From Candidatus Omnitrophota bacterium (GTDB taxonomy: Bacteria > Omnitrophota > Gorgyraeia > Zapsychrales > Zapsychraceae): 64,000 nucleotides of DNA. Position numbers and translations under genes: made by a program. This document shows, piece by piece, positions 1-10,057 of this stretch (the first letter of the stretch is position 1; each line of letters starts with the position of its first letter). The notes beneath the pieces are model-generated. The model did not search any database and was not told where the DNA came from. It saw only the letters and a program-made list of their open reading frames with translations. The stretch is from contig JAJDCA010000026.1 of NCBI GenBank assembly GCA_029261055.1, positions 5,747-69,746 of the forward strand, given 5' to 3'.

Positions 1-2
1 GC

Positions 3-3000
3 ACCACCGACCGCACCATTAATGCGTCGTCTACAGATTTCAACGACATCATTATTGGGGATGGCCTTATTGGCTACTGGAAGCTAGACGAAACTGCAGA
101 CGATGGAAGTTGTGACGGTACGAATGATGCGTGTGACAGTTCTGGGTATGGTAATCATGGGGAGTGGGAAAGTGCCCCGACTGCATCAACAGATACACCA
201 AAACCGTTTAAATTTACTAATACCGGAAGCTTGAATTTTAATGGAACGAGTGATTATGTGGATGTTGGGGGTATTGATGTTACAACAGCATTTACAATGG
301 GGGGGTGGGTAAAATTTGATCAATTAGGAGGTAAAAAACAAGCGTTAATAGCCAAGTCATTTAATGCTTACCAGTTGTTTGCAAGTGATAGTCTTGATCG
401 TGTATTGTTTCAAAGTAATAGTGAGACGCCAATAGCGTACACACATAGTTTTATAATCAATAACTGGTATCACATTATGTTAACGTTTAATACTACAGTT
501 GGCTATGTTTTGTATTTAGATGGAATAGCAGTTAAAAGTGATTCCACTACAACTGTTATCAATACAAATGATATTACAACTAAAATAGGCGCAACTTCAC
601 AGACTCCACAGAATTTCCTTGATGGCCTCATTGACGACGTCCGTATTTACAACCGTGCATTATCAGCTACAGAAGTGAAGGCCTTAGCGCAATCGAAAAT
701 GCTGGAGGGTAAGGAGGGGACGTACACGTTGGCGTCGGCTTTGGATGTGGATGGAGATATTACTTTGGCGGATGGGACATTGGATGTGTCGGGGACGCCG
801 TACAATATTAATGTGGCGGGGGATTGGAATAATTATTCCGGGGTGAATGGGTTTACGGCGCGGACGGCTACTGTCGATTTGGATGGGGCGCCGACGACGC
901 AGAATGTGCGGGGGTCTACCAACTTCTACAATTTCGAAATAAGCACATCCACCGCGCAGACGGTTAACTTCGAAAGCGGCGCGTCGCAGACGATTGTGGC
1001 GAATGGGTCGCTGACGTTGACGGGGGCGTCGGGGCAATTGCTTACCCTTGCACCACTTACGGCCGCTACGGATTGGTTATTGGATTTTGACGGGGCGACG
1101 CAGTCGGTGCAGTATGTGTCGGTGTCGTATTCGGATGCGAGTAATGGGACGACGATTGATGCCTCCGACGGTACGAGTACGGATGGCGGGAATACGACGA
1201 ATTGGTTTTTTGCGCAGAATATCAGCGGGACCACGAATCTCTCGAGCGGTCGCGTGAAAGTCGCGGTCAACTCCAACCTCCGCGCCTCAACCACCGACAT
1301 CTCAGGCAGTGTGTGGACCGTGAGCAGCGTGACGTACACCAGCGGCGACATCATCACCGTGTTTGTCGATGGCGAGGCCGAGTCCACCGAATCCACCGCC
1401 GTCACCAAACACGACGGCTCCGGCGCCATCACCGGCATGGTTCTTAATCAGAACGTGCTCTCCATCGGAAGCGCCGACGACCAAAGCCTGACCGGCACAA
1501 ACTTAGGCCTTTACGACAATGCCGATGACGAAGACATCATGCACATGTTCACAGCAGCGAACATCCTCACCATCGACGCTTCGGCCGCGTACACGAACGA
1601 AATGCTCGACATCCTCTCCGGCGACACGCTTACGATCGCGACCGACGAAACCTTAGAAGCCCACAACGTCAACATCAGCGGAACTTTAACGGCGACAGGC
1701 AGCGCCACGCTCCACGTATCGGGAAGCTGGACCAACGCCGGCACCTTCACCACCAACACCTCCCACATCATGTTTACCGGAACCGAGAGCGAAACCTTAA
1801 CGAGCGGCGGCACAACCTACAACGACGTCACGCTCAACGACGGGTTGGTGGGGTATTGGAAATTAGATGAGACGTCTGTAGGTTCAACAGTTGTGGATTC
1901 GTCTGGATATGGTTATGATGGAACCCCACAGGGAACAGGAGGTGGAAATAATTTACCTCAACCCAATGCGGATGTACCGCAATTAAATTTTAAAAATGTC
2001 CAGAGTTTAGATTTTGACGGAACAGATGATTATGTAGACATTTCGTCAGGATTTGTTACTAACCAATCTGCATGTTCTGTATCTTTTTGGGCGAATATTG
2101 ATAGTGGATCAGCTACCGGGCTAACTGTTTATAGTGAAGGAATTCCAAGTGCTTGGGTGAACAGTCTTTTTATTATTTATTATGGAGATACATCTGATAC
2201 TGCAACTCCATCTGTGCGTGTTTTTTTCAGGGATGCTGCTGCAGCAGGAGGAACTCTTCTTGATTCAGATACAAGTATAAATCTTGCTGATAGTTCATGG
2301 CATCATGTGGCGTATGTTCAACGAGCAAGTAATGATCGTGAGATTTACATTGATGGAATAAGTCGTGATACAGATGCAAATAATATTTCACCAATTGTTC
2401 CAACGTCCTCATCTATTGGTGCAGCCAATAATAATGGAACTTTTAGCCAATTTATTAATGGTTTGGTTGATGACGTCCGTACTTACAGCCGTGCGCTTTC
2501 GGCTGTAGAAATTGCCCGTTTGGCGGTTGGGCGTCAACCGGCAACGGGGAGTGGGACGTACACGTTGCAGGATGCATTGGATGTGAATGGGGATCTCGCG
2601 CTCAACAGCGGGACGTTGGATGTGAATACGAACAAAGCGGTGACGGTGGCGGGGAGTTGGATGAATCACGGTGGTATCCTCACCGCTGGAAGCGGCACGG
2701 TGACACTCGATGGCACAGCGACCGGTAAGACCTTGCTCTCCGGCCAACAACAATTCAACAACCTCACCGTCAACGGCACGGGTGGCGCGTGGACATTCAA
2801 CGATGATGCGACCGTCTCTGGCGCGTTGACATTGATAGACGGAACTCTGACTCATTCAACCTTGCTCGATGTCGTCACCTTCACCGGCGACTTCCCTGTA
2901 GCCAATGCCAACGCGACCTTTGCGGGGGTCGAATCCACCTTCATCATCGATGGCGACCTCAGCTTAACGGCCGGAACTTTCACCGCCCCAAGCGAAAGCC

Positions 3001-6000
3001 TCATCATCACCGGCGCCTACACCCACACCGGCGGCACCTTCTCGCATAACAGCGGAACCGTCCTAATGACAAGCACCGTGGACCGCACCATCAACGCCAC
3101 CTCCACCACCTTCAATGACATCATTATCGGCGATGGGTTGGTAGGGTATTGGAAGTTGGATGAGACGAGCACCCCAGCGGTCGACTCTAGCGGTTACGGC
3201 AACGACGGTATCTGGACAAATTCCCCCACAGCCTCCAGCGACACTCCAAAACCTTTCAAATTTGCCAACACCGGGAGTTTGGATTTTGATGGGGTAGATG
3301 ATCGAGTGGATGTAGGAGACCCGGATATTTTAGATATGGGGACAAACGATTTTACTCTAACAGCATGGGTGAAAGCAAATTCGACACAAACTGATACACA
3401 TCCAACTATTATTAATAAAGGAGGAAGTTCAGACCCAGTAGCAGGGTATTGGTTTGCTCTTACCTCGGGAACAAAATTATGGGTAGGTATTGGTGACGGC
3501 ACTAGCAGGGCTACTTTTGATGGAGCTACTGATATTAGAGATGATACATGGCATCATGTAGCTGCGGTAGTTGACCGCGATGGTAATGGGACAATCTATT
3601 TGGATGGAGCTGTTGATGGAACTCCAGATGATATTTCTTCTCATGCAACAAAAAATATTGATACTGATGTGTACGCTTTTGGAATAGGAGGGAGGGCGGG
3701 TAGCGATATTCAATTCACAGGTATAATCGATGACGTTCGTGTTTACAAGCGTGCGTTGTCAGCCGTAGAGGTGAAGGCGTTAGCCCAAGCAAAGGTATTA
3801 GAAGCCAAGGAAGGGACGTACATGTTGGCCTCGGCATTGGATGTGGATGGGGATATTACGTTGGCGGATGGCACGTTGGATGTTTCGGGGACGCCATACA
3901 ATATTAATGTGGCCGGGGATTGGAATAATTATTCTGGGGTGGATGCGTTTACGGCGCGGACGGCGACGGTGGATTTGGATGGGGCACCGACGACGCAGAA
4001 TGTACGGGGGAATACGAATTTTTACAATTTTGAAATTAGTACGTCGACCGCGCAGATAGTCAACTTCGAAAGCGGCGCGTCGCAGACGGTTGTGGCGAAT
4101 GGGTCGTTGACGTTGACGGGGGCGTCGGGACAATTGTTGACGTTGGCACCGTTGACAGCTGCCACGGATTGGTTATTGGATTTTGACGGGGCGACACAGT
4201 CGGTGCAGTATGTGTCGGTGTCGTATTCGGATGCGAGTGCGGGTACGACGATTGATGCGACGGATGGCACGAGTACGGATGGTGGTAATACGACCAATTG
4301 GTTCTTTGCGCAGAATATTAGCGGGACGACGAATTTATCGAGCGGGCGAGTGAAGGTGGCCGTCAACTCCAACCTCCGCGCTTCCACCACCGACATCTCC
4401 GGCAGTGTGTGGACCATCAGCAGTGTCACCTACACCAGCGGCGACATCATCACCGTGTTCGTCGATGGCGAAGCCGAGTCCACCGAATCCACCGCCGTCA
4501 CCAAACACGACGGAAGCGGCGCCATCACCGGTATGGTGCTTAACCAAAACGTGCTCTCGATCGGAAGCGCGGACGACCAAAGCTTGACCGGCACAAATTT
4601 AGGCCTGTACGACAATACCGATGACGAAGACATCATGCACATGTTCACGGCGGCGAACATCCTCACCATAGATGCGTCGGCCAATTACACCAACGAAATG
4701 CTCGACATCCTTTCCGGCGATACGCTTACGATCGCAACGGACGAAACCCTCGAAGCCCACAACGTCAACATCAGCGGAACCTTAACAGCGACAGGCAGCG
4801 CCACACTCCACGTCTCCGGTAGCTGGACCAACGCCGGCACCTTCACCGCCAACAGCTCGCACCTCATGTTCACCGGAACCGAAAGCGAAACCCTAACGAG
4901 CGGCAGCACAAGCTACAACGACCTCACCCTAAACGACGGCCTCGTGGGGTATTGGAAGTTGGATGAGGCAAGCGGATCGACCGCCACCGATTCCAGTGGA
5001 TATGGGAATGATGGGACGCACACCAATTCCCCGACGATATCTTCAATTGTACCTTCTGTAAATTTTGTCAATCCACGGAGTTTAGAATTTGATGGGGCAA
5101 ATAATTATGTAGAAATAATTGATACTGGAATTTGGGATTTTCAAACAGGAGAATATGCAGTTAGTTTTTGGTTTAAAACATCCGGAAGTGCTAGGGAACA
5201 TGCTCTTCATTTTGGAAGTCTCAGTGCTAATAATCTTGATTTTGATTTTAATGATGGAGGTTATGGAATTTGGGTTTATTGGATGAGCGGAGGAGGTAAC
5301 TATGTGCGTACAACAGATTTTTATAATGATGGATCTTGGCATCATTTAGTAGTTTCTCGAAATTCCTCAGGGACGACTTTATATGTGGATAATATTGTTA
5401 AAGATCAAGATTCCGGTTTAGATAATATTGATATTGCAAGTAATGGACTTATTGGGTCGGCAATTGGAGATCATTATTGGGATGGTTTTCTTGACGATGT
5501 TCGTATTTACAACCGTGAGCTGTCAACTACGGAAGTCGCCCGCCTAGCCGCAGGCCGACAGCCGGCGACGGGGAGTGGGACGTACACGTTGCAGGATGCG
5601 TTGGATGTGAATGGGGATTTGGCGCTGAACAGTGGGACGTTGGATGTGAATACGAACAAGGCGGTGACGGTCGCCGGGAGTTGGATGAATCATGGGGGTA
5701 TCCTTACCGCCGGCAGTGGGACGGTGACACTCGACGGCACGGCGTCCGGCAAGACATTGCTCTCCGGTCAACAACAATTCAACAACCTCACCGTCAACGG
5801 CACAGGCGGCGAATGGACGTTCAATGATGACGCGACCGTCTCCGGTACGTTGACACTTACAGACGGAACACTGACACACTCAACGTTATTGGACGTCGTC
5901 ACCTTCACCGGCGACTTCCCGGTAGCGAATGCCAACGCGACCTTTACGGGCGTCGAATCCACCTTCATCATCGACGGCGACCTCAGCCTCACGGCAGGAA

Positions 6001-7388
6001 CCTTCACCGCCCCAAGCGAGAGCCTGATTATCACCGGCGCTTACACCCACACCGGCGGCACCTTCAGCCACAATAGCGGAACAGTCCTCATGACCAGCAC
6101 CACCGACCGCACGATCAACGCCACCTCCACCACCTACAACGACCTCATTATCGGGGATGGCTTGGTAGGATACTGGAAACTGGATGAAACCACTGGCAGC
6201 ACTGCCACCGACTCCAGTGGCTACGGTAACAATGGTACGTGGACAAATTCTCCGACAGCTTCTACCGACACCCCCAAACCCTTCAAATTCACCAACACCT
6301 GGAGTTTGAGTTTTGATGGGACGGATGATTATGTGGATATGGGAGATGTTTTGGAAATGACAGAAGCTAACGGAATAACCTTGTCTGCCTGGGTAAATGC
6401 AAGTAGTTTAACAGCGAATGGAGCGGTTATTGATAAATTAGGGGGTAACGGTAATTATAGGCTTCAAGTAAATGCTTCTGGTCAGGTTCGTTTTGGGATA
6501 CGAGATGCAGTAAGTTCTTACGAGGAGATGCTCACCACAGATACTTTATCAACTAATCGATGGTATCACCTTGCAGCAACTTTTGATGATGTGACAACTG
6601 GTAAAATTTATATTGATGGAGAGCTTAAAAAGACAAAAACAGATTTTACTCTTACACGAGGTGATACAGCTGATTCTTTAAAGATAGGATACACTTCGAA
6701 TAATGCTCAATATTTTAATGCTAAAATTGATGACGTCCGCATCTACAATCGTGCGCTTTCGGCATCTGAGGTAAGTGCACTTGCACAATCAAAGGTGTTG
6801 GAAGCCAAGGAAGGGACATACACATTGGCATCGGCGTTGGATGTGGATGGGGATATTACGTTGGCGGATGGGACGCTGGATGTTTCGGCGACGCCGTACA
6901 ACATCAACGTCGCCGGCGACTGGAATAATTATTCCGGGGTGAATGCCTTTACCGCTCGCACCGCAACCGTTGACCTGGATGGGGCGCCGACGACGCAGAA
7001 TGTTCGCGGGTCGACGAATTTTTACAATTTTGAAATCAGCACGTCCACCGCGCAGACCGTCAACTTCGAAAGCGGTGCGTCGCAGACAATCCTTACTAAC
7101 GGATCGTTGACACTCACCGGTGCTGCAAGCAATCTTTTAACGCTTGCCCCATTGACAGCCGCCACGGATTGGTTGCTCGACCTTTCTTCCGGCGCGTCGC
7201 AGTCGGTGTCGTATGTGTCGGTATCGTATTCGGATGCGAGTGCGGGGGCGACGATTTTGGCGAATGATGGGACGAACACGGATGGGGGGAATACGAACAA
7301 TTGGCGGTTCAGGGCATTGCTAATTATGCCGATTTTGGTGAGTTTTGTGGGGTTTGGTGTATGGAGACGCCATTTATGGCGTCTCTGA
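3..7388 (+). CDS. Giant LamG/concanavalin-A-like jellyroll repeat surface protein (5' end outside window)
   Basis: The frame is open from base 3 (TTDRTINASSTDFNDIIIGDGLIGYWKLDE...), upstream of the ORF-track start at 231. Five LamG-type domains (GLVGYWKLDE...W.H......YxDG...DDVRIYNRALS) alternate with conserved T/G/S/D-rich linkers. The C-terminus is a hydrophobic stretch followed by RR. Confidence 0.85.
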   Translation, partial: TTDRTINASSTDFNDIIIGDGLIGYWKLDETADDGSCDGTNDACDSSGYGNHGEWESAPTASTDTPKPFKFTNTGSLNFNGTSDYVDVGGIDVTTAFTMGGWVKFDQLGGKKQALIAKSFNAYQLFASDSLDRVLFQSNSETPIAYTHSFIINNWYHIMLTFNTTVGYVLYLDGIAVKSDSTTTVINTNDITTKIGATSQTPQNFLDGLIDDVRIYNRALSATEVKALAQSKMLEGKEGTYTLASALDVDGDITLADGTLDVSGTPYNINVAGDWNNYSGVNGFTARTATVDLDGAPTTQNVRGSTNFYNFEISTSTAQTVNFESGASQTIVANGSLTLTGASGQLLTLAPLTAATDWLLDFDGATQSVQYVSVSYSDASNGTTIDASDGTSTDGGNTTNWFFAQNISGTTNLSSGRVKVAVNSNLRASTTDISGSVWTVSSVTYTSGDIITVFVDGEAESTESTAVTKHDGSGAITGMVLNQNVLSIGSADDQSLTGTNLGLYDNADDEDIMHMFTAANILTIDASAAYTNEMLDILSGDTLTIATDETLEAHNVNISGTLTATGSATLHVSGSWTNAGTFTTNTSHIMFTGTESETLTSGGTTYNDVTLNDGLVGYWKLDETSVGSTVVDSSGYGYDGTPQGTGGGNNLPQPNADVPQLNFKNVQSLDFDGTDDYVDISSGFVTNQSACSVSFWANIDSGSATGLTVYSEGIPSAWVNSLFIIYYGDTSDTATPSVRVFFRDAAAAGGTLLDSDTSINLADSSWHHVAYVQRASNDREIYIDGISRDTDANNISPIVPTSSSIGAANNNGTFSQFINGLVDDVRTYSRALSAVEIARLAVGRQPATGSGTYTLQDALDVNGDLALNSGTLDVNTNKAVTVAGSWMNHGGILTAGSGTVTLDGTATGKTLLSGQQQFNNLTVNGTGGAWTFNDDATVSGALTLIDGTLTHSTLLDVVTFTGDFPVANANATFAGVESTFIIDGDLSLTAGTFTAPSESLIITGAYTHTGGTFSHNSGTVLMTSTVDRTINATSTTFNDIIIGDGLVGYWKLDETSTPAVDSSGYGNDGIWTNSPTASSDTPKPFKFANTGSLDFDGVDDRVDVGDPDILDMGTNDFTLTAWVKANSTQTDTHPTIINKGGSSDPVAGYWFALTSGTKLWVGIGDGTSRATFDGATDIRDDTWHHVAAVVDRDGNGTIYLDGAVDGTPDDISSHATKNIDTDVYAFGIGGRAGSDIQFTGIIDDVRVYKRALSAVEVKALAQAKVLEAKEGTYMLASALDVDGDITLADGTLDVSGTPYNINVAGDWNNYSGVDAFTARTATVDLDGAPTTQNVRGNTNFYNFEISTSTAQIVNFESGASQTVVANGSLTLTGASGQLLTLAPLTAATDWLLDFDGATQSVQYVSVSYSDASAGTTIDATDGTSTDGGNTTNWFFAQNISGTTNLSSGRVKVAVNSNLRASTTDISGSVWTISSVTYTSGDIITVFVDGEAESTESTAVTKHDGSGAITGMVLNQNVLSIGSADDQSLTGTNLGLYDNTDDEDIMHMFTAANILTIDASANYTNEMLDILSGDTLTIATDETLEAHNVNISGTLTATGSATLHVSGSWTNAGTFTANSSHLMFTGTESETLTSGSTSYNDLTLNDGLVGYWKLDEASGSTATDSSGYGNDGTHTNSPTISSIVPSVNFVNPRSLEFDGANNYVEIIDTGIWDFQTGEYAVSFWFKTSGSAREHALHFGSLSANNLDFDFNDGGYGIWVYWMSGGGNYVRTTDFYNDGSWHHLVVSRNSSGTTLYVDNIVKDQDSGLDNIDIASNGLIGSAIGDHYWDGFLDDVRIYNRELSTTEVARLAAGRQPATGSGTYTLQDALDVNGDLALNSGTLDVNTNKAVTVAGSWMNHGGILTAGSGTVTLDGTASGKTLLSGQQQFNNLTVNGTGGEWTFNDDATVSGTLTLTDGTLTHSTLLDVVTFTGDFPVANANATFTGVESTFIIDGDLSLTAGTFTAPSESLIITGAYTHTGGTFSHNSGTVLMTSTTDRTINATSTTYNDLIIGDGLVGYWKLDETTGSTATDSSGYGNNGTWTNSPTASTDTPKPFKFTNTWSLSFDGTDDYVDMGDVLEMTEANGITLSAWVNASSLTANGAVIDKLGGNGNYRLQVNASGQVRFGIRDAVSSYEEMLTTDTLSTNRWYHLAATFDDVTTGKIYIDGELKKTKTDFTLTRGDTADSLKIGYTSNNAQYFNAKIDDVRIYNRALSASEVSALAQSKVLEAKEGTYTLASALDVDGDITLADGTLDVSATPYNINVAGDWNNYSGVNAFTARTATVDLDGAPTTQNVRGSTNFYNFEISTSTAQTVNFESGASQTILTNGSLTLTGAASNLLTLAPLTAATDWLLDLSSGASQSVSYVSVSYSDASAGATILANDGTNTDGGNTNNWRFRALLIMPILVSFVGFGVWRRHLWRL
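633..1871 (+). repeat. Intragenic linker A, copy 1 (copy 2 at 3729-4967; partial copy 3 at 6729-~7308)
   Basis: Runs from DDVR to YWKLDE. Copies 1 and 2 are both 1239 bp with nearly identical protein and many synonymous differences. Confidence 0.9.
2469..3164 (+). repeat. Intragenic linker B, copy 1 (copy 2 at 5493-6188; tail of another copy at 1-92)
   Basis: Both full copies are 696 bp with nearly identical protein (GRQPATGSGTYTLQDALDV...IIGDGLVGYWKLDE). Confidence 0.9.
7359..7386. repeat. REP-like palindrome upstream of RAYT
   Basis: GTATGGAGACGCCATTTATGGCGTCTCT; stem GAGACGCCAT/ATGGCGTCTC. Confidence 0.8.
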
Positions 7389-7407
7389 TCAAATATACGG
7401 AATCATA

Positions 7408-8124
7408 ATGCCACAAAAATATAAAGGGAAATACCGAATAAAATCAATCAGGATACCTAATTATGATTATTCATCCAATGGAGCCTATTTCGTCACCATT
7501 TGTGTTCGGGATGGCAGACATTTTTTTGGAGAAATATTAGAAGGGAAGATAAAATTATCAGAATATGGAAAGATAGCCACAAAATATTGGCATGAAATTT
7601 TAGATCGTTTTTCATTTGTCATCGCGGATGAATTTATTGTCATGCCAAACCATGTGCATGGGATTATTGTTATTGATGCTTCAGGGCAGAGGAAAAAGGA
7701 TTTGATAAATTATGGAGACGCCATAAATGGTGGAGACGCCATAAATGGCGTCTGTACGTTGGGGGGAGGGATGACGGGGAAGCATAATCCGATGTTGTCG
7801 TCGCATTCATTGTCGAAGATTGTGCGGTGGTACAAAGGACGTGTTACGTATGAGATACGAAAGATACAGAATTATGGAGACGCCATAAATCGCGGAGACG
7901 CCATAAATGGCGTCTGTACGAAGGGAACATCGGAATACGTAAAGACGCCATTTATGGCGTCTCCAATCAAAAGAGACGCGATTCATCGCGTCTCTGTTTG
8001 TAGGTTTCAATGGCATCCTCGGTTCCACGATCACATTATCCGCAATGAACAATCCTTACGCGAAATCCGTCAATACATTCGGGATAATCCTATGAAATGG
8101 GATGATGATCCGGAGAATATGTAG
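7408..8124 (+). mobile_element. REP-associated tyrosine transposase (RAYT, IS200-like Y1 HUH)
   Basis: Motifs R..YDYS..GAYFVTIC, FIVMPNHVHGII (HUH), SLSKIVRWYK and WHPRFHDHIIRNE....IRQYIRDNP. ATG at 7408. Flanked and invaded by REP hairpins. Confidence 0.9.
7714..7995. repeat. Cluster of REP copies inside the RAYT coding sequence
   Basis: GGAGACGCCATAAAT(GGCGTCTGTAC) units at ~7714-7757 and ~7876-7920, an inverted copy at ~7938-7964, and the variant AGAGACGCGATTCATCGCGTCTCT at ~7972-7995. Confidence 0.85.
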
Positions 8125-8127
8125 CCA

Positions 8128-9717
8128 TTATTCCTTCACCAAATTATTCTCTAACTTCGCTGCAATGCGTAGGGTTGAGAGGAATTGGCTGAAGGCTTTG
8201 TTTTTTTGTTCGGTGAGGAGTTTTTCGGATAAGGCGTCTTTTTCTTTGGCATAGGCATCATTATCTACGGGGACGTAGGCGTCGCGATGTAGGATGCAGT
8301 AGCCATTAGCGGTTTTGACAACTTCACTAATAGGGGCTTCTTCGTTTAGGGTAAAGGCAGCATCCTGGAATTCTTTGGATATGCCGATCTTGGGTAAATA
8401 TTGGCCGCGGTTAAATTCGGGTGTCTGGTGAATTTCGAGGCCTAACGTTTTGGCGGCACCAGGGAAGTCTTTGAGTTTGGTTTTGTTGACTTCTTCTTGA
8501 ATAGCGGTGAGATAGGTCTCAGCCTTAGTGCCTGCTAAGGTTTCAGCTTCTTTGTTGGCTACAGCCTGACGGACATCTTCTTTTATTTCTTCAAATTCGG
8601 GGACATAAGCTTCTTTTTTTTCAGTTAATTTTACGATATGCAGGCCATTGTCTGATTCATAAGGTTCGGCGATTGCGTTTGTGTCCATATCAAAGAGGGT
8701 TTTGAGGAGGTCGTAAGACCATCCTAGGCTCAAATTAGGTTGTTCCATACTAAAAAATCCACTGGATTGCATTTTAAGGTTATTTTTTGCGCTAATTTCG
8801 TGCAAGTCAGGATTGAGCAGTAGTTCTTGATAAATGGTATAAGCCGTACTGCGCACGGTATCTTTTTCTTCTTCAATTTTATCCGCTTTAGCCTTTGCCT
8901 CTGCTTCAGCTTTTTCAGTTTCTTCTGTTTTTTCACTACTTTCTTCACTTTTTTCACCATCACTCGTTTCTGTTGTTTCGGTGTCTTGCAAAAGCGAAGG
9001 CTCCGGCTCTGGAAAGTAAAAGCTGACGTAGTCTACATTCACTGCTGGGGGTGTTAGGAATTCGAGTTTATTGTCTGCGTAGTATTTTGTTTTTTGTTCT
9101 TCTGTTACAGTGACTTCATTTTGAAACTGTGTCGGGTCAACAAAAACATAACTGATTTGAATTTTTTCATTTTGTTTTTTGTAGTTTTCAAAGATGTCTT
9201 CATCCGCCACCGTTTCGCCACTGGAGACTTGTTCAAAGAGTTTGTTTATTTTTAAAGAATCACGAAGGCTTTCTTCAAATTCCCGGGGTTTGATGCGGAA
9301 AACAAATTTGAGGATGTCGTTGTACAAAAGCGTATCAAATTTATCATCCCGTTGGAAAAATGCGTATTGTTCAATGGATTTGATGAGTTCTTCATTAGAA
9401 ATTTTAATTTTTTGTTTTTTGACTTCACGCATGAGTATCAGTCGATCCCAGGCTTCAGATTCAAGGTTTAAGAATTGTTTAATATTTTTAAAGTTATCGC
9501 CATAACGCATGATAGCTTGAATTTCGGTGCTTTTAAAACTTTTGCGGTAATCATCAAAAGCAATTTTTTTGCCGAAAATTTTTCCGGCATATCCTTGTTG
9601 GTTGTTATCCGTTAAAAGATAGGCTGTACCAAAAAGTCCAAAAGACAGGATGATCACAATAGCAACAGCCCAGATGAGCTTTTTCATAACACCTTTTTTA
9701 CGTAATAATTTAAGCAT
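8128..9717 (-). CDS. SurA/PpiD-like periplasmic chaperone (SurA N-terminal domain plus rotamase-like domains)
   Basis: N-terminal TM anchor (KLIWAVAIVIILSFGLFG), PpiD-like architecture, and ISEVVKTANGYCIL / FQDAAFTL rotamase-like motifs. Confidence 0.75.
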   Translation of the reverse strand: MLKLLRKKGVMKKLIWAVAIVIILSFGLFGTAYLLTDNNQQGYAGKIFGKKIAFDDYRKSFKSTEIQAIMRYGDNFKNIKQFLNLESEAWDRLILMREVKKQKIKISNEELIKSIEQYAFFQRDDKFDTLLYNDILKFVFRIKPREFEESLRDSLKINKLFEQVSSGETVADEDIFENYKKQNEKIQISYVFVDPTQFQNEVTVTEEQKTKYYADNKLEFLTPPAVNVDYVSFYFPEPEPSLLQDTETTETSDGEKSEESSEKTEETEKAEAEAKAKADKIEEEKDTVRSTAYTIYQELLLNPDLHEISAKNNLKMQSSGFFSMEQPNLSLGWSYDLLKTLFDMDTNAIAEPYESDNGLHIVKLTEKKEAYVPEFEEIKEDVRQAVANKEAETLAGTKAETYLTAIQEEVNKTKLKDFPGAAKTLGLEIHQTPEFNRGQYLPKIGISKEFQDAAFTLNEEAPISEVVKTANGYCILHRDAYVPVDNDAYAKEKDALSEKLLTEQKNKAFSQFLSTLRIAAKLENNLVKE

Positions 9718-9845
9718 GGGGTCTCCTTAATTAGACGGTAAATATTTGAGAGGGATTATATCTTCCAAATAAAATTTTGACAAGGAGAATTCGTAAAGAC
9801 TCGTGTAAAGGGGTAATGAGTGTGGAGATAATATAAATTCAATTA

Positions 9846-9910
9846 GGGGCGTGATGAATCATGCCCGTACGGCGGGTGTGTTATTCGTAGGGGCATAATT
9901 TATTATGCCC
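9846..9910. repeat. Intergenic REP doublet (GTAG/GTAC-type)
   Basis: GGGGCGTGATGAATCATGCCCGTAC and CGTAGGGGCATAATTTATTATGCCC hairpins. Confidence 0.7.
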
Positions 9911-9984
9911 ATGGTTCATTTAAAAAAATTGGCAAAATGCTTGATTTAGTTTTATACTTTGTATTGGAAAGATAAAATATCTGC

Positions 9985-10013
9985 TTTACAAATATGCATG
10001 GGATGGATATAAT
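9985..10013 (+). promoter_or_regulatory. Sigma70-type promoter for hisG
   Basis: TTTACA-17 nt-TATAAT. Confidence 0.6.
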
Positions 10014-10057
10014 GCCGCTCTTTGATAACCGCACGCATGTGCAAACAAGAGAATGCT

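Noticed and set aside
93-6728. Diversity-generating retroelement as the source of LamG variation
   Set aside because: There is no reverse transcriptase in the window, and repeat differences are mostly synonymous and not adenine-specific.
684-7300. Many 60-170 aa antisense and alternate-frame ORFs within the LamG gene
   Set aside because: They are shadow ORFs from GC-rich, skewed repeat codons; they recur with the linkers and lack RBS or motifs.
7345-7407. ORF-track N-terminal extension of the RAYT
   Set aside because: It is read through the REP and overlaps the upstream gene; ATG 7408 fits the family start.
7714-7995. CRISPR-like repeats
   Set aside because: Spacing is irregular, orientation is mixed, the units lie inside a transposase ORF and there are no cas genes. 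They are REPs.
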